Assembly: GCF_009914755.1 (NCBI RefSeq)
Contig: NC_060925.1
From: the human T2T-CHM13v2.0 reference genome, Homo sapiens
Direction: 5' to 3' (one strand)
Length of the DNA stretch: 64,000 nucleotides
Positions 44,164 to 59,968 of this stretch are shown piece by piece. The notes beneath the pieces are model-generated. The model had not been told where the DNA came from. It did not search any database and was given only the letters and a program-made list of their open reading frames with translations. Position 1 is the first letter of the stretch; each line of letters opens with the position of its first letter. The position numbers and the translations under genes are program-made.

Positions 44164-44758
44164 TATGGTAGACAGATCATTGATACCCAAAGATGCCCAA
44201 ATGCTGATCCCCAGAACTTGTGAATATGTTACATTTCATGTCAAAAGGGACTTTGCTAATGTGATTAAGGATTCAGACCCTTGGATTGTAAGATTATCCC
44301 GGATTAACCAGGGCCAATCTAATCACATGAGACCTTAAAAAAGCAGAAAACATTTCCCAGCTGGGTTAGAGAGAGATGAGACAGAGTAAAAAGGAAAGAG
44401 ATTCAGGGCATGAAAATGACTCTACCCACTGTTGCTGGCTTTGAAGATAGAGGAACTAGGCCACAAAACAAGGAGTATGAGTGGCCTTAAGAGATAGGAA
44501 AAAGCCCTCATCTGACAGCCAGCTAGAAAGCAGTCCTCTGACCACAAGAAATTGGATTCTGCCAACCACTCAAATGAGCAAGGAAATGGATTCTCCCCTA
44601 GAACCTCCAGAAAGGAACACAGCTCTGTAATGCCTTGATTTTAGCCAGGTGAGACCTGTTTCAGACTTTTGACCTATGGAAATATAAGATAATAAAGTTT
44701 TATTGTATGCTGCTAAATTTGCGGTAGTTTATTACTGAAGCAATGGAAAGCCAATACA
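44164..44758 (+). mobile_element. MLT1D/E-like MaLR LTR
   Basis: CCCAAAGATG..CCCCAGAACTTGTGAATATGTTAC..AAAAGGGACTTTGC..GGATTCTCCCCTAGAACCTCCAGAAAGGAAC..AATACA. Confidence 0.85.
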
Positions 44759-46544
44759 GACAGAATATACAGAGAGAAAGAGAATGAGTTCTTTCCTGAT
44801 AATTTGTAAATATTTGGGTCTTCACTGGACAAGCTTCACAGAGGATTCACTGGTTCCCTAGCAAACCAGCATGTCCAGTCCTGCAGCCTCCCTTTCTTAG
44901 GCCCAGCATATGTCAGCTGTGTGCATAGAAAAATCAAAGCAGGACCCTGAGTAGTTGGAAAGAAAAGATGGTTGGAAATGGGTTGCACTTCAAGTGAGGA
45001 AACAAGAGGTAGGAGACCGGCATCTCTTTCTCATATGTCCCAGGCTGACTCTTGTGAGTTGTTTTCCCTTCGAGGCTATCGATGACAGTCACAGTAACCT
45101 GATGGAACCTGGATCATGATGAAAGAAGTAAGTGTCAATGGCTCCGACTTCCAAGGACTCTGATGTCCCACAGCACTAGCTAAACAAAGCCAGTTGGAAA
45201 TGAGCTTAAATGGGGAATTTCCTGAATATATTCCCTATTGTTAGGAAGCCAGGTTGGCTTCCTTGCCTACAATTATGCCAAGCAGTCACACTATAGAGTC
45301 CCTAGGGACATGATATTAAGTGATTCTTTTAACACAAACAACTTAATAATCATTTATACTAATAGCAAAACGGCCAACGGCTGATATTCCACTTGAAGTA
45401 GAATTGGCTATCCAACTGGAAGAGAAGACAGGAAGACGTGATCTCCAGGGAGCCACTAAAAGGATTGGCACCTGCCTCTGGATTCCCCTTTTCCTTATAT
45501 TACCTCTCAGCACTGGCAGGCCTTTATTTCAGGATACAGTTTCACAAGTATTATGTCACGTCTCTGAGAATTATGTTGGTAGATATTTGCTCCTCTGGCC
45601 AGAAAGACCTAGTTTGGAGTCTGGAGTCATGAAGGTGACATACATGTAGCTAGTGACATAAGTGTAGCTAGTAAAAATAGTGAGTAATGGCCCTGAAATT
45701 CTATTGAATGCCCAAAGTGCTGACCAGGAACAAGCATGCTCTAGCTTATCTCACAAGGAACTTGACAATTTTCTTCAAAAATCCTAGTAGCTAAGATTTC
45801 TTAGTAACAAAGCCACTAAGGCACAATTATGATTAACTTGACCCTTAGGTGACTTTTAAGGACTATTCTATAAAATATTACAACTAATAGTGGATCCAAG
45901 CCAGCACACTCTGCTATATAAGATTAATTGACAGTGTCCACACTGGTAAAATAAGTTGTTTCATAAATACATTAGAATTCATTTGCACTTTCTACACAGC
46001 CCCAAGTCCAGAACTTTCCCCAGAATAGGTCTATGTTTTGCAATCTGCTACTCCATACAGAGATTTGAGTTCACTTGGCAATTTAGTGCTGCTTATATGT
46101 GACCAGTTAGTCTGTTTTACTTATCTATGCCTTAAACATTACTATACTTACTAACTCCAAGATGCCTGGTCTCAACTTGACAAAAATACCCCAAGTTGGG
46201 AAATCCTTATGTGAATATGTAGATAGTCACAATTGCTGGTTGATGATGATCTGTCTTTTCCTGTATTTGAGAAAATGGAGATAAAATGGACCAATCCAAA
46301 TAATGGATTAAACATGGGAATAGGTGAGAGAGAGAGAGGAATACATGGTGGCTCTCAGTGTCTGGCTTAGGCAGTAAACACTTTCGTTAATAAAGACGGA
46401 AAATAAAAAAGGAATAATTGGTGTCTAGGGGAAAATAATGAGCTCAAGTTTTAACACTCTGAGTTCCCGGATGTGAGACATCCAGGCGCATTTATCCAAG
46501 AGGCAGTTGGAAGCAACGTTCCGGAGCTTAGGAGAGAGGCATGA

Positions 46545-47340
46545 CCAAAAGCTGGTGGGACTGTGAAAAGGTATGGCCATTCTGGAAAACTGTTTGGCAG
46601 TTTCTTAGAAAATTAAACATGTACTAACAACCCAGCAATTGTACTCTTGAGCATTTGTCCCAGATAAATGAAAAAAAAAAAAAGCATTTTTTTTACACAA
46701 AAACATATACATGAAAGTTCATAGAAGTGTTATTCATAAAAAACTGGAAAAAACTGAGATGTCTTTATTGAGTGAATGCTTAGGCAAACGGTGGTCTATC
46801 CATACAATGGAATTATGCTTAGCAATAAAGAGAAAAGAACTATTGATACATGCAATAACACAGATGAATCTCAAAGGAATTAATGCTGAGTGGGAAAAAA
46901 AGCACATCTCAAAATGGTATATACTGTACTATTTTATTTACTTAACATTTTAAAAATAGCAAAATCATAGAGATGGAGAACAGATTAATGGGTACTGTGT
47001 TTTGGGATGGGGAGTGAGAAAAGGGTAAGGTGTAAATATAAAGGGGTAGCACAAAAGAGCCTTGTGGTTGAAGGATTCTATGTCTTGGTTGTAGTCGTGA
47101 TTGCAGGAATCTACATGTGATAAAATTGTATGGGTCTACATACGCATACACACAAGAGCATATAAAACTGGTGACATGTGAAGAAGCTCCGCACATTGTG
47201 CCAACATCAGTATCCTAGTTTCAATATCAGACTACAGTTATACAAAACATTGTCATTGAGGGAAACTGGGTAAAGGGAACACAGGACATTTGGCATATAT
47301 TTTTGCAATTTCCTGTGAATCCGTAATTATTTAAAAATAA
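46545..47340 (+). mobile_element. L1MB/MC-like 3' fragment
   Basis: GCTGGTGGGA..TCTGGAAAACTGTTTGGCAGTTTCTT..ATCCATACAATGGAAT. Confidence 0.75.
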
Positions 47341-47699
47341 CAGATATACTACATATCAAAAATTTAATGTCATAAAGTTGATGAGTTTACCTAGTGGATA
47401 GCTTTGTTAATATCTGCTATAAGACTACTGAAAATGACAGTTATGCAAGTATAAGCTCAGAGAACTTTCCTCCCCCTTCGTAAATGAAATGAGCAAAAGA
47501 AATGAAACAGGAAAGGCAAGCAGTACTGAAAACAGGGAAGGGCTCTTCCCCATATAACTATATCTGCGACTTCAACAGCTATTCATCCAGAAACACAGCC
47601 TCTTGCGCTAAGAGGAAACTTTGGATAACAATATGTTTTCACTCTCCAAGAGAGAAAATGGATAGATTAATTTTTAAGAAAAAAAAAAACCTCACCAAT

Positions 47700-47826
47700 T
47701 TCATGCTGTGGCTTGCACCTTTAATCCCAGCTACCTACAAGGCTGAGGTGAGAGGCTTACTTGAGCCCAGGAGTTCAAGGCTGCAATGAGCTATGATTGA
47801 TTGTGCTATCGCACTCCAACCTGGAG
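47700..47826 (+). mobile_element. FRAM/FAM Alu monomer
   Basis: TAATCCCAGCTAC..TTGAGCCCAGGAGTTCAAGGCTGCAATGAGCTATGAT. Confidence 0.75.
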
Positions 47827-48289
47827 TACTAAGCTAAGAGCTAAGAACACAGCTGAGAGCGGAGAAGAAACAAACAAATCTGACCAATAACCCCCACTCC
47901 CCTCATTTTACTGGAGTGAGCTGAGACTGCTGGCAAACATGGCCTTTGACCTAGCCTGAACTGTAGCAAAAGTCATCAGATATTTTTCCACCAATCAACA
48001 GACAGAAGTGGGGAGAAAACAATCGTAGTTCATAACTACAACAAGCAGATAAACGAAGGCCATGGTGAGGGATGGAAGACATTGTGATATATCAAAGGCA
48101 GGCTCATTTAAAACTCAACCCAAATTCCAAACAAAATATATAATTGAATATGTATTAATGCCAAAGGAGCTTGAGTGAGCTTTAGCACAAACCCCGCCCT
48201 CCAGCCCCCACCCAAAAAAATCACTCTGTTCTCTCCCCATTCTTTGATAGGCATACTTGCTGTTTTCTCACAGCCAAGGTACAGAGGGG

Positions 48290-49325
48290 ACTTAGAGGAA
48301 CTAGAACTCTAATACACTGCTAGCAGGAATGTAAAATGAAGCATCTACTTCAGAAAACCATTTTATCAGTTTCTAGAAAGTTAAACATAGACCCACCATG
48401 CAGCCCAGCCACTCTACTCCTAAGTATTTACACAAGAGAAATGAAAACGTGTCCCCACACAGTTGTATTTAAAGGTGATGGTTAGCCTTGTGTGTCAACT
48501 TGGCTAGGCTATAATACCCAGTTACTGAATCAAATAGTAATCTAGGTGCATCTGTGAAGGTATTTTGTAGATGTGGTTAACAGCTACAATCTGTTGACTT
48601 CAAGTAAAGGAGATTGCTCTTGATAGTATGGGTGGGCTTCATCCAATCAATTGAAGGCCTTAAGAGCAAAAAGTAAGGTTTCCCGGAGAGAAAGAAATTC
48701 TGCCTCAAGACTGCAGCCTCAACTCCTGCCTGAGTTTCCAGTCAGCCAGCCAGCCTAAAGATTTGCTAGGCATTATAATCACATCAGCTAATTTCTTAAA
48801 ATAAACCTCTTTATATATATTGATACAATGAATGGTTATAGCAGCCTTATTTGTAATAGCCACAAACTGGAAACAACCTAAATGTCCTTCAATAAGTGAA
48901 TACATAAACAAATTGTGGTATATCCACAATTTTTACGCAGCAGTAAAAAGGAATAAATGGTTGAATAAGGAATAAACACATAACAAGGATGAACCTTAAA
49001 ACCGTAAGGCTGAATGGAAAAAGTCAGACAAAACTAATACATACTGAATAATTCCATTTATATTGAAGTTCTAGAAAATGAGGACTAACCTATAGTAACA
49101 AAAAGCAGAAAAATTTTGCCCACTGGTGATGGAGGGGGCGCAGGTATTGTAGAGTATCTGAGAAAGGACAACTGGATAAAAAGGGGGCACAAGAAAACTT
49201 TTGAGGGTGATTGATATGTTCATTATCTTGTGGCATGGTTTCATAGGTGCATACATATGTCAAAACATCAAGTTATACACTTTTAAAATGTTCAGTTTAC
49301 TGTATATCTATTATACTTCAGTAGA
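48290..49325 (+). mobile_element. Old L1M fragment interrupted by an MLT2 LTR (about 48474-48820)
   Basis: MLT2 start GATGGTTAG..TGTGTCAACTTGGCTAGGC; L1 CTGGAAACAACCTAAATGTCCTTCAATAAGTGAAT. Confidence 0.7.
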
Positions 49326-49718
49326 GAGGAAGGAAGAAAGTGGGCAGGGTGGGGGAGAGGAAAGGAAACGAGGGAGGAAAGGCCCTAATAGGAAGGATTT
49401 TGGAGTTTAGATTTTAAAATGATAAAGGATGTTTGACACTCTAGGCATATGACGAATATAGGATTATGAGTCCACAAAAACCACCAGGAAGTCATGTATG
49501 TTTATACTTTTAAGTGAAGGATCAGTGGATTATCAACTCCCTAATGCTTTGCCTCTCTATGACTGGCTGCTGTCCTTCTCATCCCAATACTCCTTCCAAA
49601 GCCCCTTGCTTAAATGTAAGCCTTCTTTCCTCCTTTCAACACATCCTGCATTCCGTGACAAAATAAGTTTTCCTTAAACAGAATGTACAGCATATTATTT
49701 GTACAATTAAAAATTTTT

Positions 49719-50011
49719 GGCCAGGTGTGATGACTCATGCCTGTAATCCCAGCAATTTGGGAGGCCGAGATGTGTGGATTACCTGAGGTCAGGAGTTCGA
49801 GACCAGCCTGGCCAACATGGTGAAACCCTGTCTCTACTAAAAATACAAAAATTAGCTGAGTGTAGTGTGGCAGGTACCTGTAATCCCAGCTACTCAGGAA
49901 GCTGAGGCAGGAGAATCGCTTGAACCTGGGAGGTGGAGGTTGCTGTGAGCAGAGATCAGACTATTGCATTCTAGGCTAGGAGACAGAGTGAGACTCGGTC
50001 CCCAAAAAAAA
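49719..50011 (+). mobile_element. Alu (AluSx-like)
   Basis: Full dimer. Confidence 0.93.
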
Positions 50012-50649
50012 ACACATTTTTTTTTTAATGTTTCCTCCTTGCCTGTAGGAAAAAGGCTCTGACTCCTTAGCCTGGGCATCAGAGCTCTACCTAAATGGAC
50101 TTTAACCTGATTTTGTGGCACTAATTCCATTGCAGTACTTGTCCGCTCACTGGCCTGTGCCTCTCTGCCACTATTTTTGGAATAATGTCCTCTCTCCATC
50201 TTGTTTACTCAACTATATCCAACCTCTAAGGCTGTGCTCCTACAAAGCCTCCCCTGGCTACTTCAGCCCACAGAGATATTTAACTGCTCTGCAGTTCAGG
50301 ACATTCTTCTGACTCTTTAAATCACATTTACTTATATATGATCTTGTGATATTTTTTGTTGACGTGTTTACTTTAATTTTCTTCCATAACCTATTCATTC
50401 AACAAACTCAACAATTATTTATTAAATGCCAAGTTAGAAAAATATTATTGATTTTATATAGATTATAGATATGTTTGAAATTTTATTTGGCAATCTGCAA
50501 GTAGAAAAATAATTATAATGTGGTATATCTGTGATAGAAGTATTAGTGCAGAGACCATGGGGAACATAATCCAGCCTGGAAGTTCAGGAGAGATACGTGG
50601 AAGAAAGGACGTCAGAGCCTTTTTCCTACAGGCATGGAAGAAACATTAA

Positions 50650-50955
<306 letters not shown>

Positions 50956-51644
50956 TAGAAACACAGTCACGAAACTTGGTGATTAGAGACCAATTCCCAA
51001 ACATGAGCATTTCTTAGGAAACACAGTAAAGATCTATCTGAGAGACCCAAGAGCAGAAGGGCGAGAAACCAAAAGCCATCAGTTTGCATAGGAAACACCT
51101 TGTTTAGCCTAATCTTTTTATTTTTATTACTCTATTAGTCACTACAACTATTTTCTGATTGCTATGGTGATAGATGGTTTAAAACAAGCCTTCATTAAGA
51201 ATTGTCACACCATGGTCTCAGTCAAAAACACCAACATTTTTATTGGTATTGACAATTATGGGAATATCCAATTCCAAGAAGACAAGGAGACCTCTGAACT
51301 TTCTAAATGAAGACTCCAATCTTCCTGGTCTGATGGGAAGCAGCTTGGCAAGATTACCAACCACCACCACAGAGAGTGGACTCTAAGCTAAGACTTAAAA
51401 GATAAGTAGAAATTATCCAGGTAAAGATGTGTACAGAGAAGGAAGTACATCCAGGGGAAAAGAACAATACGTGCAAAAGTACGGAAATGGTAAAAAGTAA
51501 TACTACATAGTCAAAGCCAAGCAGAGTTCAGAAGGGATCTGGTGGTGAAAAATACGGCTAGAGAAAGCAGCAAGGATTGGCTTCTAAAACCTATGTAGTA
51601 TCTTGGACCTTACCCTAAATGTAATGAGAAGCTTCTAAAGAATC

Positions 51645-53400
51645 TTTCATTTATTCATTCATTGAACAAATATTTTGAGCCTTTCTGTGAAGAACATCAT
51701 TCTAAGTAGTAAAGATACAGCAGTGAATAGGACACATAAAATCCTAGATCTCACAGAATTGACATTCCAGAGAGGGAAAGGTAGACAATAAATACATAAA
51801 CAAATCATTTAACAAGATGATTTCAGACAATGGTACGTACTGTGAAAAAAATGAAACAAGGTAATGGACAGCGAAAAGGCACTGGAAGGAAGCCTGCTTA
51901 CCTTTGCATGGTTAGAAAAGATCTCTCTAAGAAAGAGACCACATGTGAGCTGCGACCTGAAGGATACCGAGAAGCTAGGTGTGCAAAGATGTGGGGACAG
52001 AACTTTTGGACTGAATAGCAAATACAAATGCCCTTGGGTGCAAGCTTTGCCTGTTCAAGGACCAAAAAGAAGGCCAGTGTGCCTGCAGCATACTAAGCAC
52101 AGAGGAAAACACTGTTATATGCTGAGATTGGAATTATAAGTAGAGCCAGATAATATAGTCTCTTATAGGTCATAATAAGGCAACCAGATTTTATTCCAAG
52201 AGGATTTAAAAATCACTGGAGGTTTTGCACTAGGGTGAGAGGTGTGATTTGTATTTTTAAAAGATAATTCTGGAGAATTAATTATAATGAGGTAGGAGTA
52301 AACTAAGTTAGGGGCTATTTCAGTGGCTCAGACAAGAGATAATGGTAGCTTAGACTAGGATAGTAGTCGTAGAAATAAATAAAAGTGGCACTCTACTTTG
52401 GGGGTAGAGTCTATAATAGGTTTGGTTTATGGATCATATATGAGAGTAAAAAAAAGAAAATAAATTAATAATGGTTCCTAGGTTTGTACCTGAGCAACTG
52501 AATAAATGGGTGCTGTGAATTGAGATAAAGGAGATTGAGAATCACAGGCTTTGTTTTGCAAATTAATTTTGAGAGGCTTATTAGACATCCCAGTGGAGAT
52601 TTCAGGTGAGTGGAGCCCATTGAAAGGTAAGGGACAGGGTCAGGTGTGGTAGGTCAGGCCTGTGATCCCAGGACTTTGGAAGGCCAAGGCAGACAGATCA
52701 GTTGAGCTCAGGAGTTTGAGACCAGCCTGGGCAACATGGGAAAACCCTGTCTCTACAAAATATGCAAAATATTACCTGGGCATGGTGGCATATGACTGTG
52801 GTCCAAGCCACTTGGGGGGCTGAGATGGGAGGATCACTTGAGTACAGGAGGCGGAGGTTGCAGTGAGCCAAGATCTCGCCACTGCAAACCAGCTTAGGTG
52901 ACAGAGTGAGAACCTGTCTCAATAAATAAATAAGAAACGTAAGGGAAAAGGAAATTAATCTGATCATTGGCAAATGCATAGTATTTAAAGCCAGGGGAGT
53001 AGATGAGATACTCAAAGTAGGTGAAGATAAGGAGGCAATGAAGGCCTAGGACTCTGGTGTACATTTAGATGGTTATAAGAGGAATAGAAACTGGCAAAAT
53101 AAGTAACACTGAGCACCCAATGAGGTGGAGAGGAAAGCCAGGAGATGAAGCATCATAGAAGGCAAGAGAAGAAGGGTGTCAAAGAGGCGAGGCAGTCATC
53201 AACTTCTGGGCAGTCAAATAATATAAGGACAGAAAAGTGACCATTGGATTTGGAAATATGATGAGCACTTTGAGTGGAGTGTTGAGACAGAAGACCAATT
53301 AGAGTAGATTGAGGAGATAACGAGAAATGAGAAAATGTAACCTGCAAGCACAGACAATTCTTGAGAGACTTTTCTGTGAAAGGAAACAGACACACAGTCT
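51645..53400 (-). mobile_element. L2 fragment interrupted by an AluJ (+, about 52640-52935)
   Basis: TTCATTCATTGAACAAATATTT L2 3' end; TTAGACATCCCAGTGGAGAT; GTGACCATTGGATTTGG. Confidence 0.75.
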
Positions 53401-53562
53401 TAGCATGTCTTGTCTTTCTATGGGAAATGTAAATAGTTTGAGATCAGGGATAGTATTTTATTCTGCTTTTTGTACCTCTACATTACCTAGCATAGAGCTA
53501 GCTAATGTGCACTTAAGTATGTTCTCAATTCTTATCGCCTGAATGACTGGATGGGTGAAAGA

Positions 53563-53610
53563 ATGGATGGATGGATGGATGGATGGATGGAAGGATGGAT
53601 GGATGGATGG
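53563..53610 (+). repeat. (GGAT)n tetranucleotide repeat at an L2 3' tail
   Basis: Direct reading. Confidence 0.9.
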
Positions 53611-54834
53611 AAGACTTCTGATTTGCCAAGAAGAGGATACTGGTAGCAGAAATAAAAACAGCACTGGAGAAAGAAGAGTTTAGATTTTTATTCTTTGGTG
53701 TCAGTTAGACAGGAAAGTAAGACATTAGAAGAGTCCTTAGATAATTTATGTAATTGTTCACTTAGGATTTTTAAATGTGATCACTGATATTGGACATGTT
53801 CCTAGTGAAGCATTTTTGGTGTTTCACTGGTTGAAGTTAATAACTGTAAAATTATTTCCCGTTCAGGACAGAAAAACAGAAAACTTGAAGCTCCTATTAG
53901 AAAGTTCAAGATTCTCTGGGGTTCTTAGGATTTACTGTTCCCAAAACTCTGTCAAGAACAAGAAAATGACCTGTATACTTAACTGGTCTAGGCAACAGTG
54001 GAAAGACAATTCTCAGAGAAGATTTGTTTTAAGAAGACACTTTCCATAGGAATCAAACAATAGCTTTCAGTGACTAACATGGTAAGACACAGGGTGTTAG
54101 CTCTTTCCTTCCAACCTCATGGCTGTTGTACCTTACCTTTCGACCCCGTGTTCCTGAAATTGTTAAATTCATAAACTTACCAAGGACTAACCAGCCTCTG
54201 GGGAATTGCTGTATACTTAGCAAACTTACAATGGACATATTTATAAGCCATAATGATAACTGACTAATAGGAAATACCCTCAACTGAAAATGAGAGATCA
54301 TCATTTGCAAATGAGTTCCCTTGCCCAGGCAACTACTGGGGAAAATGTCATGCAAGCAAAATTAATCTTTGAAATCCTCCTTTTCCATTTTTTGTGTCTT
54401 CCTTTTCCATAGGCACCAGAAATATCATGGTGCCTGGATCTCATCTCTACAGAAAAAAAAAGTGATTTGATAAACTGATTTATATTGTGTCCAAATGTGA
54501 TTGTATTTTCAAAGATAACCTAAGGGGAGAATGCTGTCTGGCCCAACAGCAGGCTCTCGACTTCATTTCAGACACTGTGGCCAATGGCTGGGAAACAGGT
54601 ATGAACAGTAGGTTTCTGAGTCCCCTGGAATTATTCCATTTATGTAGCCACCTCCATGACAGGAAGCCTCCCTACTCTTACTTCCCAGTTTGTTCATTCA
54701 TGGCACCAGGTTGCAGATTAAAATTTGCTCAGTGACCTTTTATCTAATAATGTGTTACCTTCTTCTCTTAAAAAGTACAAGGGACAAATGCTCATGGTAT
54801 ACTTTTAGGAGATTGTGGCTCTCTATTAACAGTA

Positions 54835-55070
54835 TTTATTCAACAGACATTTATTGAGCATTTATATGTGCATCATGCTAGGGACTGGAACCTAGTAAGT
54901 GTAGCACATATTATTTCATTTAATCCTCACAACAAACCCATGAGGTTGGTTTTATGATCCCAATTTTTCAGAAGAAGAAACTGATATTCAGAACCAGTTA
55001 ACTAACTGGTTCAAGGTCATGCAATTTCTAAGATACAGAACCAAGAGTCAAAGACATGATTTTAAACCAA
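54835..55070 (-). mobile_element. MIR
   Basis: CATTTATTGAGCATTTA..CATTTAATCCTCACAACAAACCCATGAGG. Confidence 0.75.
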
Positions 55071-55970
55071 AGCTTTTTCTGCTACTCCACATTGCTTCCC
55101 TAGGTGAGATCTGAGGCATTCCGCGAAAAGAGAAGGGTCATAAAGCCAAGGGAAGACAAGCTTAGGAAAAAAAAGGGAAATGTCCTAAATAAACAGCTTT
55201 CCTATTTACCAGAAACCACTAGTTTAAAAATATAATGGGAAAAATCCTATTCACTTTAACAATGTTAAAAAAAAAAAAGATAGAAGAAACATAGGGATAA
55301 ACTTAACACATTTGTAGGATATGTAAAGAAACTAAAAGATGTTAATAATGGCCTAAAGAAAAAAAAACTTACATGTATGGGGAGATAGACCATCTTACTG
55401 GATTCTAATATTTAATAGTCTAGGTGTTCCATTTCTCACCAAATTAATGTATACATTTAATACAATGTCAAACGAAATATCTTAGGAATTGCTTACAAAT
55501 TGTCAGATAATTACAAAGTTTACCTGGGAAATATAAGCATATATGAAGAGTGAATGGGACCCCACCACTCCCCCCAAAACAAAAAAGGTCTGAAAAGGAC
55601 AGAAATCAAGGAGAGTCTTGCCTGCCAGATACAAAATTCTATTATAAAGGTGTATTGATGAAAACAATTTAATACTAGTGTAGCAATAGGCAGCAAAGCA
55701 ATGAAACAGCATAAAAAGACCAGAACTATACCTAATTATGATGAAGATTTAAGGTATGATAAACATGACATAATTCAAATCAGCAGAAATTGGCATAGAT
55801 AGGGTTAAGACAAATAGCTAATCATTAGAGGGGAGGAAGGAAAGGAGGGAGGATAAAATTAGGTTCCTGCCTTCATCTTACATTAAAATAAATTCCAGAT
55901 GTATTACATTTAAATTTTTTTAAAAAAAGAAACCACAAAATACTTGAAGAAAATATAAGTTGTTATATAG

Positions 55971-56246
<276 letters not shown>

Positions 56247-56696
56247 ATGGGACATTTTTTAACATAGTGCCACATTACCATAAATGAAAAGCTTGTAAAA
56301 TACTAATTTTTAAAACTAATATATATCAGAAATTTTTATAAACAAAGTTAAAAAGCAAACACAAAAAATTTGTAGCACTTATGACAAATATATGTATATA
56401 TATGAATACAAAAAGAGCCTTTACAAAACAGTAAGAAAACAATGAATACTCCCAATGGAGTATTCAAAACTAAACTGCTAAAAGCAATTCAAAACAAAAA
56501 AACATAAACTATGCATATATGTATGTGAAAAAGTTTAACCTTATCAAAGAAGTAAACTCTCAAAGAAATAAACATCAAATAAGGAAATAGCCTTTTCCCA
56601 CAAATAACCAAAATCTGTAAGAATACTGAGCTGCGAATGTTTCAGAAAAAAAAAAAAAATCATACACCTAGTTCGGCATGTAATTAATATAGATCA

Positions 56697-57048
<352 letters not shown>

Positions 57049-57702
57049 TCAATTTGTCCAGCATAATTAGGCATGTGTACAAGGGTTTACACACAAGAAT
57101 GCCTATTGCAATATTGCTTTTAATGCTAAAAAAAATTGGGGAAAATGCTTTAAAAATATAGATTAAGACTGTACATTGTGGTACAGTCATATAATCAATA
57201 GTATACAGCTATTATTTATTTTCAGCCACTGTCCAAAATATAGCCTGGCCTAACAACATTCTGTTAGGATACGCAAGCACCGTGAGGAGATCAGCTATAA
57301 AGTATCAGTGTTTCACACCACTGCTCCTTTGCTAATAACCTTCAATGGCTTTTAAAGAAGTAAAAAACAAAGGCAAAATTCCTTAGTCAGCCCTTAAGAC
57401 TCTCTGTTACTTAGCTCAAACTACCCTTTTCAACAACACTGCCCTAACCAGGATGAGTTTTTTGCCCCCCTGGAGTACATTCAGCCTTTCCTTATCAAAC
57501 CTTCCTTTAAATAAGTATCTTCTCCAGGACCACTTCACTTTCTTCCCCAATTTAGCATTTTCTATATCTCCAGGCCTACCTCTATAAAGCCTGTCCTAAC
57601 CACTCAAACCCTAGCTTTTTCTCTGAACTGCTAGAAATATTTTTCTCTCATTGGCCATTTAGGTAAAAAGGTTTTTACTGTTTATTACCTACTCAATAAA
57701 AA

Positions 57703-57996
<294 letters not shown>

Positions 57997-59175
57997 TAAG
58001 CTTTTAAGGCCATTAACATGAGGAACAGTGTTCTTTACACTATTTTATCAGCTAGGGCTTTGCATGGAGTAGGAGTTTAGTAAATGTGGTTGATGGGTTA
58101 ATCAATGTGTGAAAATATTCAGAGCCACCAAAAACAGATATTATGTCTATTCTCATCAACAATCAAAATTGAGTAAACAGCCATTTTCTAATACAGGAAA
58201 CCACAAAACATTGAATGGTGACATTAAAAAATTCCCCCAGCAGGAGCCAACCAATTTTTTCATCCTGATCCAAGTTAGCAAACTGCAAAAGATAGGAAGC
58301 ACTAATGAGTGGAAATTTGAGTAGAAGCATTTCTTATGAAGGCTGTCTTGACTGGATCACATTTTTATTGCTGTTGGAGGTGCCAAATGTGTGTGTTTAT
58401 GCTAATCCTCCACCTCAGGCAACACACAGTCAAGGATCCTACCAAGTGTTACCGTCAAGTGTCTGTTGGCAGCTCAAGGCCCCAGCGTTGTTCCCTTGCA
58501 CTAGGGAAAAGACATATTCCAGGTACAAGTACTCCCACTTTGATGCTACAGAGGAGTTGCTGAACTTTGTGTCATTAATCTCTCTTCGTTAGATCCCAAC
58601 CCTGTTTAAATCCCACTATCTGCCTACTCTGGGTCTTCACCAATTTACTAGATCATAGTTGGAGAAAATCTACAAAGCCTTGCTCCCTTTAGATTTAAAC
58701 AGGTCTCCGTTTAAATTTAGAATTGCTAACTTCAAGCGGGCCCTTATGCGACAGTATGCCTGTCAGTCATACTACATTTCCTCAATTCCATTCATGTGAC
58801 TGCTCCATACCCTTCCCTCTCTCTTCATACTACTATTATCTCTTCCCCCCTCCCTCATTTTTAACTGATGGTCTTGTTTCCTATTTCTCTGAGAAAATAG
58901 AAGCCATCAAAAGAGAGTTTCCACAAACTCCTACTGCCTTATCTAGCCCTGTACCATATACTTTGCATTTCCTCTCATTACCATGGATGTACTGCCTATC
59001 TGTGCTTCTATCTAAGGCTAACCCTTCCACTTCAGTTTTGAATATTATCAGCTCTTACCAACTCAAGGCCATTGCTCTAGCAATTCTCTCATTCTCTCTC
59101 ATTTTCTTCCATCAAGTTTTCCTTTTCTTCAATTAACAGAGTAGCTCCTAAAGGGAAAAAAAAGTCTTCTTTTTC

Positions 59176-59968
59176 AATGCTCATCATCACTGGCCATCAG
59201 AGAAATGCAAATCAAAACCACAATGAGATATCATCTCACACCAGTTAGAATGGCAATCATTAAAAAGTCAGGAAACAACAGGTGCTGGAGAGGATGTGGA
59301 GAAATAGGAACACTTTTACACTGTTGGTGGGACTGTAAACTAGTTCAACCATTGTGGAAGACAGTGTGGCGATTCCTCAGGGATCTAGAATTAGAAATAC
59401 CATTTGACCCAGCCATCCCATTACTGGGTATATACCCAAAGGATTATAAACAATGCTGCTATAAAGACACATGCACACGTATGTTTATTGTGGCACTACT
59501 CACAATAGCAAAGACTTGGAACCAACCCAAACGTCCAACAATGATAGACTGGATTAAGAAAATGTGGCACATATACACCATGGAATACTATGCAGCCATA
59601 AAAAATGATGAGTTCATGTCCTTTGTAGGGACATGGAGGAAGCTGGAAACCATCACTCTCAGCAAACTATCGCAAGGACAAAAAACCAAACACTGCATGT
59701 TCTCACTCATAGGTGGGAATTGAACAATGAGAACACTTGGACACAGGAAGGGGAACATCACCCACTGGGGCCTGTTGTGGGATGAGGGGAGTGGGGAGGG
59801 ATAGCATTAGGAGATATACCTAATGTTAAATGATGAGTTAATGGGTGCAGCACACCAACATAGCACATGTATACATATGTAACAAACCTGCACGTTGTGC
59901 ACATGTACCCTAAAACTTAAAGTATAATAAAAAAATATATATATATATATAAAACAACTAAAAATAAA
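59176..59968 (+). mobile_element. 5'-truncated L1PA (about PA3-PA5): last 172 codons of ORF2, 3'UTR and tail
   Basis: ORF 59205..59723 [44 protein letters not shown]...SLIGGN is the L1 ORF2p C-terminus; TSD TCTTCTTTTTC at 59165-59175 and 59969-59979. Confidence 0.95.

Noticed and set aside
59205-59723. 172-aa open ORF with a CCHC-like motif
   Set aside because: It is the C-terminus of L1 ORF2p in a 5'-truncated L1PA with no promoter, not a host gene.
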